NCBI GenBank assembly: GCA_965216755.1
Contig: CBDCGL010000011.1
Span: 1,024,001 to 1,088,000 of the forward strand
Direction: 5' to 3'
Length of the DNA: 64,000 nt
Origin: Alphaproteobacteria bacterium
GTDB lineage: Bacteria > Pseudomonadota > Alphaproteobacteria > UBA7887
The notes beneath the pieces are model-generated. The model did no database searches and had not been told where the DNA came from. It saw nothing but the letters and a program-made list of their open reading frames with translations. Positions 1 through 9,165 of this stretch are shown here, piece after piece. A program made the position numbers and the translations under genes. Position 1 is the stretch's first letter. Each line of letters begins with the position of its first letter.

Positions 1-1151
1 GCCGCCAAGACAACGCCGATTTGGCTCCCCATACCGCCCAACACAACAATCGCGAGAATGATCGCTGATTCAATAAATGTGAAGCTTTCAGGGCTGACGA
101 ATCCCGACCGGCTAGCAAAAAACGAGCCAGCGAAGCCACCAAACATGGCGCCGAGCGCGAACGCGGACAGCTTGGTGTTGACTGGGTTGATGCCCAATGA
201 CCGACAGGCAATTTCATCTTCCCGCAGGGCTTCCCAAGCACGACCCAAGGGCAGTTTTCGAATACTTTGAACGAATTGGTTCGTTATCAATGCAAGCATC
301 AAGATGACGTAATAGAGAAAGATTATCCTGTGCATACCGGAATAGTCGATACCAAAGAATTCGTGAAAACTTGTTTGGCCTTCGGCGACGCGACGTTTGA
401 ATTCCAGCCCGAACAAGGTCGGGCGCGGAATGCTCGCGATACCGTTGGGTCCGCCGGAAAAAGCGACCCAGTTTGTCAGAATCAAACGGATGATCTCACC
501 AAATCCCAATGTGACGATAGCCAAGTAATCGCCGCGCAATCTGAGCACTGGATAGCCCAATAAGACGCCGAATGCCGCCGCGCATACACCGGCGATTGGT
601 AAGCAAATCCAAAATGAAAACTCTAGCCCCGGCGTCGTACCCAACAAGGCAAAGCTGTACGCCCCGACCGCGTAAAAGGCGACATAGCCAAGGTCCAGCA
701 GTCCGGCCAGGCCGACCACAATGTTCAGGCCCCAGCCGAGCATGACGTAGATCAGTACCAAAGTGGCAACGTCAACCAAATAGCGATCGGCAAATGGCAT
801 GAGCGGAAACGCAATCGCGGCCAGCAACGCAGCGACAGCCAAAGGAACGCGTCGACGACGCAGAAATCCGCCGAGCGCGAATTGCGGCCCTTGGGCAGCC
901 CCTGACGCCTTGCCTGCCGGCCACAATTTCCGCAGCCCAATCAACAGCAGTCGCCCAAAGAAAACGACGACAACCGCAATGACGAGCCAGTCAACTCGCG
1001 GCACGACTTCGAGCCCGTCGCGCGTGTCGATCGTGTGAATACCAATCAGCGGCAGCGCCAACATGAATGAGACGAAAGCCGCGAGACCGGCTTCCTTGAC
1101 AGCGGCAACCGTGCCGCCGGGTTCCCGCCGTGCCGCCGTGATGTCGACCAT
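1..1151 (-). CDS. livM: Branched-chain amino acid ABC transporter permease LivM (3' end runs off the window)
   Basis: Manual minus-strand translation from ATG at 1151 (MVDITAARR...) contains [43 protein letters not shown] and [15 protein letters not shown]. It lies directly downstream of livH. Confidence 0.92.
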   Translation of the reverse strand, partial: MVDITAARREPGGTVAAVKEAGLAAFVSFMLALPLIGIHTIDTRDGLEVVPRVDWLVIAVVVVFFGRLLLIGLRKLWPAGKASGAAQGPQFALGGFLRRRRVPLAVAALLAAIAFPLMPFADRYLVDVATLVLIYVMLGWGLNIVVGLAGLLDLGYVAFYAVGAYSFALLGTTPGLEFSFWICLPIAGVCAAAFGVLLGYPVLRLRGDYLAIVTLGFGEIIRLILTNWVAFSGGPNGIASIPRPTLFGLEFKRRVAEGQTSFHEFFGIDYSGMHRIIFLYYVILMLALITNQFVQSIRKLPLGRAWEALREDEIACRSLGINPVNTKLSAFALGAMFGGFAGSFFASRSGFVSPESFTFIESAIILAIVVLGGMGSQIGVVLA

Positions 1152-1154
1152 CAC

Positions 1155-2069
<915 letters not shown>

Positions 2070-2251
2070 GCGGTTTCGCGTCTCCCCCCCCCACGACTCG
2101 CCGAACGCCTAATTGGTCTAGCCGATCTAGCTTCTTGGCGAAAGGCCCTTATTTGCGGCTGAATGTTGGATCGCGCATGATGGCGCCAATAGAGTGTACA
2201 TTCACGTCGGAAAATGCTGGCGCACCGAAATCGAGACGAGGAGCACCCACA

Positions 2252-3049
2252 ATGGATTTGGATCTGACGGGAAAAAGTGCCTTGGTCACCGGATCAACGC
2301 GCGGTATCGGCCTGGCCACCGCAAAAGGACTTGCCGCAATGGGTGCCGAAGTGGTGCTCAACGGCCGCCGGCAAGGCGACGTCGACAGAGCGATCGACCA
2401 AATCAAGAGCGAATTCGGAAACGCTGTGCTTCGGGGAGTCGCGGCGGACCTTGGCAATGCGGCGGGATGCGCAACCGTCACCGAAGCCGTGCCGGACGCC
2501 GATATTCTTGTCAACAATATGGGTATCTACGAAGCGAAGGACTTTTTCGACACACCCGATGACGATTGGCAAAAGATGTTTGACGTGAATATCATGAGTG
2601 GCGTCCGTCTAACGCGCCACTACCTCAAACATATGATCGACCAAAAGGATTGGGGTCGCGTGGTTTTCATTTCGAGTGAATCCGGCGTTTTTATTCCCAA
2701 GGAGATGGTGCACTACGGCTTTTCAAAAGGCGCCCAGCTGACAATTGCGCGCGGCGCCGCGGAGTACACCAAGGGCACCAACATTACGGTCAACTCGGTC
2801 CTGCCCGGCCCAACCTGGGTGGAAATGCATCAAGAGCGTTTGTCGGCGCGGGCGGCCGCCCAAGGCATAACCCTGGACGAATACAAGACGCGCACGTTTA
2901 GCGAGCGGCGGCCTTCGTCACTCTTGCAAAGGTTCGCGACACCCGAAGAAGTCGCCAATATGGTCTGCTATGTGTGCTCCAGGGCATCAAGCGCAACCAA
3001 TGGAGCCGCACTCAGGGTCGAAGGCGGGATCGTTACAAACCCATTCTGA
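2252..3049 (+). CDS. SDR family NAD(P)-dependent oxidoreductase
   Basis: TGSTRGIG Rossmann motif and YGFSK catalytic motif. RBS gaggag precedes ATG 2252. Confidence 0.9.
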   Translation: MDLDLTGKSALVTGSTRGIGLATAKGLAAMGAEVVLNGRRQGDVDRAIDQIKSEFGNAVLRGVAADLGNAAGCATVTEAVPDADILVNNMGIYEAKDFFDTPDDDWQKMFDVNIMSGVRLTRHYLKHMIDQKDWGRVVFISSESGVFIPKEMVHYGFSKGAQLTIARGAAEYTKGTNITVNSVLPGPTWVEMHQERLSARAAAQGITLDEYKTRTFSERRPSSLLQRFATPEEVANMVCYVCSRASSATNGAALRVEGGIVTNPF

Positions 3050-3050
3050 A

Positions 3051-3159
3051 CTACGGTGGAATTGCGGTGACAGTTTACTAAATAGATCCCCGAGCCGTAC
3101 ATCGGATAGCTCGACATTGGTTCTATTTAATAAACTGTCACCGCAATTCGTCACCGTAG
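3051..3159. repeat. Palindromic REPIN/MITE-like element, family A, copy 1
   Basis: Arms gaattgcggtgacagtttactaaataga (3059-3086) and tctatttaataaactgtcaccgcaattc (3122-3149) are inverted with 1 mismatch. Outer ctacggtg/caccgtag also pair. It sits between convergent genes. Confidence 0.85.
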
Positions 3160-3181
3160 GTCCATAATTCATTGCGGCGCG

Positions 3182-4324
3182 TCAGAGGCCAAGTTGCTCA
3201 GACGCCATTCGCGTACCCTCAATACGTGCGCTGATTTTCTTGAAGGCGATGTCGCGGGCGATGTCTGGTGAACCATGCTTCGGCTTGACGTCAATGCTAA
3301 ACGGCGAGAAGCCGCAGTCATCCGTCGAACCGAGTCTCTCCTTCGGGATGTATTTCGACGCCAAGAGAAGGTCGTCGCAAACTTCTTGAGCGGTTTCGAC
3401 CCGTGGATTCTGCGGATTGATCACACCAATAAAGCAAACCTGAGGCACACCGTTGGCGTCCTCACGGCTATGTTCGCCGCACAACTTGTAAATCCGTTCT
3501 TTGTCGCTTTCGCTCGCCAGCTGGATCAGAAAGTAGCCGGCGTTCATTTTGAACATGCTCGGCAACAATTCCGCGTAGTCGACGTCGGCACTATGCGTTG
3601 AATCGCAATCGCCGCCTGGGCAGGTATGAATTCCGATATTCTTGCGTTCTTCCGCCGTGAAACGATCCAACACGCGATTATTCAGATCAATAAACCCGGG
3701 CAACATGCCACGGCCGGTCCACGGGTTGTTGGGATCATTGCGACATGCCAGCCGACCTTCGGTGAAGTCGATCGATACACGCGCGGCGCCGGCTGCAAAA
3801 CACTGACGGATGTCTTTCTCGCACTCATCGACCAGGTCACTTAAGAAATCTTTACGCGAATAGCCTTCAACCGCGCCGTCGAGCGGATATAGGAGTGCGA
3901 GCATTGACGGCGCAATCACCGCTTGCTTGAGCGGTTTAGTCGCCATTTTCATAGCCTTTTCGACATACTCAGAAGCATATGTCTTGTATTTGAAAGGGCC
4001 GTCCGTCAACCTGGGCAATTGGCGGTGATGCCCATCGGTGAAAATCGCGAAATACTGGCCGTCACCGGCGAGACCGTCCGCCAACCCCGTGCCAGCCAAG
4101 GTGTCGGTCAGCGGATAGGTCGCGAAACTTGATTCGCGCTGTTCTCCATCGCATATGATCGGCGATCCAGTCGCTTCCATGCGCGTGATCGAGTCGCGGC
4201 AGGCCTCATCCTGCGCCGCCTCTAGGTCGGCACGACTCACTTCGCCCTTGTCATAGGCCTCGTACATAGCTTGTAGTTTAGATGGCCGCGGCAAAGAGCC
4301 GACGGGTTCGGTCGGAATCGGCAT
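3182..4324 (-). CDS. Single-barrel cobalamin-independent methionine synthase II (MetE C-terminal-like) family protein
   Basis: VGSLPRP, DGEQR, Zn ligands H-x-C (HTCPGGD) and DCGF. About 380 aa, with no N-terminal folate-binding barrel. Confidence 0.85.
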   Translation of the reverse strand: MPIPTEPVGSLPRPSKLQAMYEAYDKGEVSRADLEAAQDEACRDSITRMEATGSPIICDGEQRESSFATYPLTDTLAGTGLADGLAGDGQYFAIFTDGHHRQLPRLTDGPFKYKTYASEYVEKAMKMATKPLKQAVIAPSMLALLYPLDGAVEGYSRKDFLSDLVDECEKDIRQCFAAGAARVSIDFTEGRLACRNDPNNPWTGRGMLPGFIDLNNRVLDRFTAEERKNIGIHTCPGGDCDSTHSADVDYAELLPSMFKMNAGYFLIQLASESDKERIYKLCGEHSREDANGVPQVCFIGVINPQNPRVETAQEVCDDLLLASKYIPKERLGSTDDCGFSPFSIDVKPKHGSPDIARDIAFKKISARIEGTRMASEQLGL

Positions 4325-4514
4325 TTTCAAAATCTCCCTAATCATTTTATCGGAACCGGCGGAAATCCTGTTCCATGGCAATGATCGTGACTCACGTTTT
4401 GGTGGGGTGCAACGTGCATAATGGTTGGGCACCAAATTTGTCGCAACATCGATCCGCGCCCCGAAGATAGAGGCGCCGCGTGTTGCCGAGATGTCGCGAG
4501 GAGATGTTCGCCGA

Positions 4515-4718
4515 CTACTGGTCTTTACGTTTGTTTAGAACGTATTGCAGTTTTCGCAAGGCTGTGCGCTCAAGCATGTCCTGGCTGGTTGCCGCGCTGC
4601 CAACGATCGAGACCTCGGTCAAAGTCGCCGGATCCACGGCAATGACTTTGACCGCCGTTCCAACCCGAACGAACTCGAACAAAACCTCTTGCGGCGAAAG
4701 ATCCGCCGGTTTGGTCAT
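4515..4718 (-). CDS. Small conserved alphaproteobacterial hypothetical protein (DUF6898-like)
   Basis: [30 protein letters not shown]...ALRKLQYVL pattern. Its ATG overlaps the hemA stop (ATGA). Confidence 0.7.
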   Translation of the reverse strand: MTKPADLSPQEVLFEFVRVGTAVKVIAVDPATLTEVSIVGSAATSQDMLERTALRKLQYVLNKRKDQ

Positions 4719-5929
4719 GCGGCGGCGGAATTCAAGCTCAATTGCGCCCACACCTTGCACAAGGCCGACACCAGGTGATCGACCATCTCGTCATCGTGCA
4801 AGGGTGTTGGTGTAAATCGCAGCCGCTCCGAGCCGCGCGGCACTGTCGGGTAGTTAATCGGCTGCACGTAGATGCCATGATCAAACAGGAGTGCGTCGCT
4901 AGCACGTTTGCAGCGCACGGCGTCGCCCACCATCACGGGAACGATATGGCTCGGCGTCTCCATCACGGGGAGGCCAACATCGGCCAGGCGCCGTTTGAGT
5001 GTGGCCGCGCGCTCTTGGTGGCGCAGGCGTTCGTGTTTGCTTGATTTCAAATGTTTGACCGCTGCCAAAGCACCGGCCGCAATCGCCGGCGGCATCGATG
5101 TCGTGAAAATGAAACCGGATGCAAATGACCGCACGAAATCAACCAGATTTGCGGACCCCGTGATGTAGCCACCCATAACACCAAAAGCTTTGGCAAGCGT
5201 GCCCTCGACAATGTCCAGCTGGTCCATCAGTCCATCGCGCTCCGCAACCCCGCCGCCACGGGGGCCGTACATGCCCACCGCATGAACTTCATCCAGATAT
5301 GTCATCGCGCCATATTGCTTTGCAACCGCGCAGATATCCGCGATCGGCGCAATATCGCCGTCCATCGAATACACAGACTCAAATGCGACAATTTTTGGCG
5401 CATCGCGATCCAGTTCCGCCAACAGGGTTTCCAAATGCGCAGGATCATTGTGGCGAAAAATCTTTTTCGGCGCGCGGCTATTCTTCATGCCGGCAATCAT
5501 GGATGCATGGTTGAGTGCGTCGGAAACGATCACACACCCCGGCAACATGGATGCCAGCGTGCTCAGTGTCGCATCATTCGAGATATATCCTGACGTAAAC
5601 AGCAACGCCGCTTCCTTGCCATGCAGATCGGCAAGCTCCCGCTCCAGCAAAACATGGTAGTGGGTGGTGCCGGAGATGTTCCGTGTGCCGCCCGACCCAG
5701 CGCCGGCCTCTTGAAGCGCCTTGGTCATCGCCGCCAACACGTCCGGGTGCTGCCCCATCCCAAGATAGTCGTTGCTGCACCACACCACGACCTCATGCTC
5801 GCCGCCTTCCCCAAAGAAGCGGGCACGCGGAAAACACCCGGCATGCCGTTTGATGTCCGTGAAGATGCGATAGCGCCCTTCCTGTCTCAGGTCGGCAAGG
5901 GTATCAGCGAAATACTGTTCGTAGTTCAT
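4715..5929 (-). CDS. hemA: 5-aminolevulinate synthase
   Basis: [40 protein letters not shown] (PLP Lys) and [11 protein letters not shown] motifs. Confidence 0.97.
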   Translation of the reverse strand: MNYEQYFADTLADLRQEGRYRIFTDIKRHAGCFPRARFFGEGGEHEVVVWCSNDYLGMGQHPDVLAAMTKALQEAGAGSGGTRNISGTTHYHVLLERELADLHGKEAALLFTSGYISNDATLSTLASMLPGCVIVSDALNHASMIAGMKNSRAPKKIFRHNDPAHLETLLAELDRDAPKIVAFESVYSMDGDIAPIADICAVAKQYGAMTYLDEVHAVGMYGPRGGGVAERDGLMDQLDIVEGTLAKAFGVMGGYITGSANLVDFVRSFASGFIFTTSMPPAIAAGALAAVKHLKSSKHERLRHQERAATLKRRLADVGLPVMETPSHIVPVMVGDAVRCKRASDALLFDHGIYVQPINYPTVPRGSERLRFTPTPLHDDEMVDHLVSALCKVWAQLSLNSAAA

Positions 5930-6026
5930 TGCTAGCTACATTGCGTCAGGACTGATCAGCGACAAGTAATATTCGAACCTGCACTTTAGCCGGGACCGGG
6001 CCGGACGTGTATTTTCCTATGTTGTG

Positions 6027-6045
6027 TTGCGAATGCGTCTCATTA
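6027..6045. promoter_or_regulatory. Putative Fur-type iron box upstream of hemA
   Basis: ttgcgaatgcgtctcatta (reverse complement taatgagacgcattcgcaa) resembles the proteobacterial Fur box AATGAGAATnATTCGCA. About 100 bp upstream of hemA. Confidence 0.4.
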
Positions 6046-6102
6046 CCACTGGCAACTCGGGATTGAACGGTAGGCTAAGGCTTGGCCCGGTTCACCCGGG
6101 TC

Positions 6103-7227
6103 TCAGCGCAGGTAGCCGAGATCTGCCCAAACCTTATACTTGCTGCGGAACGCTTCGAAACTGTCGAGCACCAGCTTGAATGTCTCATCTTTGGCGGCCT
6201 CCTCGGCGGCAACCTCTTGCCAAGCGGCGCGCAACGTCTCGATGACCTCGGGCGACCATTTATGGAATTCGACGCCCTTCGCCTGCAGTTCCTCCATCGC
6301 GTCGGCTTGAGCCGCCTCGCCCAATGCCAAGCCTTCGCGGTAGTTGTCGCCGCACACGATTTCGACCATAGCTTGCTGGGAGTCGCTGAGCGCGTTCCAT
6401 TTGTCGACGTTGATCATCAGCTCGAAGATGCTGGACGGCTGATGCCAACCGGGAAAATAGTAATGCTTGGCAACTTGATAGAAGCCTTGATTGAGGTCGA
6501 TAATGGGCATTGAATATTCGGTGGCATCGATCGTCCCTAGCTCCAATGCCGGAAAGATGTCGCCGCCCGCCAGCAACTGTGTCGATACGCCAACCTTTTC
6601 CATGACACGCGCGCCAAGACCAAAGAACCGCATCTTCAAACCACGCAGATCTCCAATCGAGTCAATGGGTTCTCGAAACCAACCTGAGCCTTCCGGTGAA
6701 TGCACGCCGCAATGCAAGGCCTTGATGTTGTATGGCGCGTAGATTTGGTCGTAGAGCTCGTCACCACCGCCGTGATATAGCCACGCTGCGTACTCCATGG
6801 CGTCGGGACCAAAGGGCACTGCCGTAAAGAATTGCAGCGCCGGAATCTTGCCGGCCCAATATCCGGCCGTGGTGAAACCCGCGTCGATTGAGCCTGACGA
6901 AACCGCGTCGAAAATCTCCAACGCCGGCACCAAGGCACCCGGTTCGAAGAACTGGACCTGCATCGTGCCGCCGGATATCCGATCAAGGTTATCGACCAGC
7001 CGCATACCCAGCTCACCTTGAATAGGCCATTGACTGCCGAAGGCGCTGGCCATTTTCCAACGGACTTTTTCTCCGCTTGGTGCGGACGCCGCTTCGCTTG
7101 CCGTTTCCGAGCTGTCGGCCGCGACCGTCTGTGTCGCCGGTGTTTCCGGACCCAAAGCATACCTGCCGACCATTAGGCCGCCGACGGCCCCGATGATCAG
7201 CCCGACCAACCAACTCATACCCTTCAT
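6103..7227 (-). CDS. TRAP transporter solute-binding protein (DctP/TakP alpha-keto-acid type)
   Basis: WKMASAF, GWFREPI, GLKMRFFGLG, YYFPGWHQP motifs and an N-terminal hydrophobic segment. Start placed at MKGMSW after RBS ggggga. Confidence 0.9.
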   Translation of the reverse strand: MKGMSWLVGLIIGAVGGLMVGRYALGPETPATQTVAADSSETASEAASAPSGEKVRWKMASAFGSQWPIQGELGMRLVDNLDRISGGTMQVQFFEPGALVPALEIFDAVSSGSIDAGFTTAGYWAGKIPALQFFTAVPFGPDAMEYAAWLYHGGGDELYDQIYAPYNIKALHCGVHSPEGSGWFREPIDSIGDLRGLKMRFFGLGARVMEKVGVSTQLLAGGDIFPALELGTIDATEYSMPIIDLNQGFYQVAKHYYFPGWHQPSSIFELMINVDKWNALSDSQQAMVEIVCGDNYREGLALGEAAQADAMEELQAKGVEFHKWSPEVIETLRAAWQEVAAEEAAKDETFKLVLDSFEAFRSKYKVWADLGYLR

Positions 7228-7476
7228 TGGTTCCCCCAAAGTATCCCCATGAGACTGTTGCGCATGGGGCACCGCAATCTCAAGCGATTGGCTGGCCGCC
7301 GCTGCGCGATAGACATGCCATATTCTACCTGCGCACGCCGAGCGTAAAGCCATGAAAGTCCGTATCAGCGACGGGGCTGTTTGCAGGGGCGGCATCTTGT
7401 CGCGCGCCGACGCGTGGGTTATGACGCGTGTGGCGCGCAATCGGGTGCCAAAAGCCGAGCACGGGAGAACAATGTA

Positions 7477-8457
7477 ATGCGGGCAGCCTGGTTCGAAACG
7501 TACGGCCCGGCGGTGGACGTACTCAACGTCGGCACGCGCGACGATCCACAGCCGGGCCACGGCGAAGTGCTGGTGCGCGTGCACGCATCAGGTGTCAATC
7601 CATCGGACGTGAAGAAACGGGCCGGTCTTCAACCCGCTCTGGACGACGGCTGGGTCATCCCCCATAGCGACGGTGCGGGCGTGATTGAGGCCGTTGGTCG
7701 CGGTGTCCCAACCGCGCGAATTGGCGAACGGGTTTGGCTCTACCAAGCCCAATATCAGCGGCGATTCGGGACGGCGGCAAGCCATGTCGCATTGCCCAGC
7801 CATCGTGCCATACGGCTGCCGGCACAGGTCGATTTTGCAGTCGGTGCCTGCATGGGCATCCCCGCGATGACCGCGCACCGCTGTGTGCTCGCCGATGGAT
7901 CGGTGACAGGTCAGACTCTTATTATTACTGGAGCCGGCGGCCGCGTCGGCTACTACGCGGTGCAATGGGCGAAATGGGCGGGTGCCCGCGTGATCGCAAC
8001 GGCGAGCAATGAAACGTCCGCCGAGGATGCAGGTCTGGCCGGCGCCGACGTGGTTTTAGACTACCGTTCGGAGACCCTATCCGACCAGGTGCGCGAGCTC
8101 ACGTCCGGGCGCGGCGTCGACCGCATTGTTGATGTCGAGTTTGGCGCCAACCTTGGGACCTCGATCGAAGTGCTCCGTACAGGCGGCACAATTGCAACAT
8201 ACTCTTCAACCCAGGCGCCGGAACCAAAGCTGCCGTTCTATCCGATGATGTTCAAGGATATCAGCCTGCGGTTTGTGCTCGTTTACGCCATGCCCGAAAC
8301 GGCCAAACGTCAAGCGGCGGCGGACATCACCCGGTTCCTGGAAGACAGCAAGTTCACCCACCGGATAGCCGAGACGTTCACCCTGGACGATATAGCGCAA
8401 GCCCACGAAGCGGTAGAGCAAGGCCGCCGCGGCTGTGTCATTGTTGACACCGCTTGA
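7477..8457 (+). CDS. NADPH:quinone reductase (zeta-crystallin/MDR family)
   Basis: ASGVNPSDVK, IPHSDGAG, GIPAMTA and GAGGRVG motifs. Confidence 0.9.
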   Translation: MRAAWFETYGPAVDVLNVGTRDDPQPGHGEVLVRVHASGVNPSDVKKRAGLQPALDDGWVIPHSDGAGVIEAVGRGVPTARIGERVWLYQAQYQRRFGTAASHVALPSHRAIRLPAQVDFAVGACMGIPAMTAHRCVLADGSVTGQTLIITGAGGRVGYYAVQWAKWAGARVIATASNETSAEDAGLAGADVVLDYRSETLSDQVRELTSGRGVDRIVDVEFGANLGTSIEVLRTGGTIATYSSTQAPEPKLPFYPMMFKDISLRFVLVYAMPETAKRQAAADITRFLEDSKFTHRIAETFTLDDIAQAHEAVEQGRRGCVIVDTA

Positions 8458-8472
8458 CGGATTCTTGGCAGC

Positions 8473-9165
8473 ATGACCCGTGTTCTCTATGAACTCCACG
8501 CCCGGGATGACTACCGGTTCAGTCCGTTTTCCTGGCGGTCGATCATGGCGCTGTTGCACAAGGGGCTTGAGTTCGAGCGTGTGCCGATGAAGTTTACCGA
8601 TCGCACAATCATCGCCGGCAGCGGCCAAGACCGCGTACCGACACTAGAAGACGGCGACCGATGGGTTTCTGACTCTTGGGCAATAGCCTGCTATTTGGAA
8701 GACACCTACCCGTCAGAGCAGAGCTTGTTTGGCGGTCCGATTGGTCTTGGAACCGCGCGCTTCGTGAACAACTGGGTCGACCATACGCTGCACGGTTCTT
8801 TGCGCCGCGTGGTGGTGCCGTTTGCCTATGATCACGCCCACCCGGACGATCGCGACTGGCTGCGGCAATCACGCGAAGCGATGTTCGGCATGACACTTGA
8901 GGAATTGCGAAAGACTTTCAACGACAGCGTGGCGGTTTTCAAGAGATCTTTGAAACCCTTTCGAGAAACTTTGTCGCAGCAATCCTATTTGTGCGGAGAC
9001 GCCGCCGCATACGCTGACTACGTTCTTTTCGGTTCGTTTATGTGGGCACGTACGGTATGTCCGCGCCCCATACTCGACGTGGACGATCCAATACGCGCGT
9101 GGCGAGATCGATTGCTCGATCTTTATGGCGGATACGCCCGCAAAGCGCCTGGCTATGATGTTTAA
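8473..9165 (+). CDS. Glutathione S-transferase, LigE/beta-etherase-like clade
   Basis: FSPFSWR..MAL.HKGL, VPTLEDG, DSWAIACYLEDTYP and ADYVLFGSFMW motifs. Confidence 0.8.
   Translation: MTRVLYELHARDDYRFSPFSWRSIMALLHKGLEFERVPMKFTDRTIIAGSGQDRVPTLEDGDRWVSDSWAIACYLEDTYPSEQSLFGGPIGLGTARFVNNWVDHTLHGSLRRVVVPFAYDHAHPDDRDWLRQSREAMFGMTLEELRKTFNDSVAVFKRSLKPFRETLSQQSYLCGDAAAYADYVLFGSFMWARTVCPRPILDVDDPIRAWRDRLLDLYGGYARKAPGYDV

Noticed and set aside
2970-3172. Mirror-image ORFs 2970..3167(+) and 2987..3172(-), both containing NCGDSLLNR and KLSPQF
   Set aside because: These are artefacts of translating the palindromic element on both strands, not proteins.
4325-4514. Possible cobalamin riboswitch upstream of the MetE-like gene; short palindrome cgtgactcacg (4386-4396)
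   Set aside because: No B12-box motifs are seen, and the palindrome is too short to support a call.
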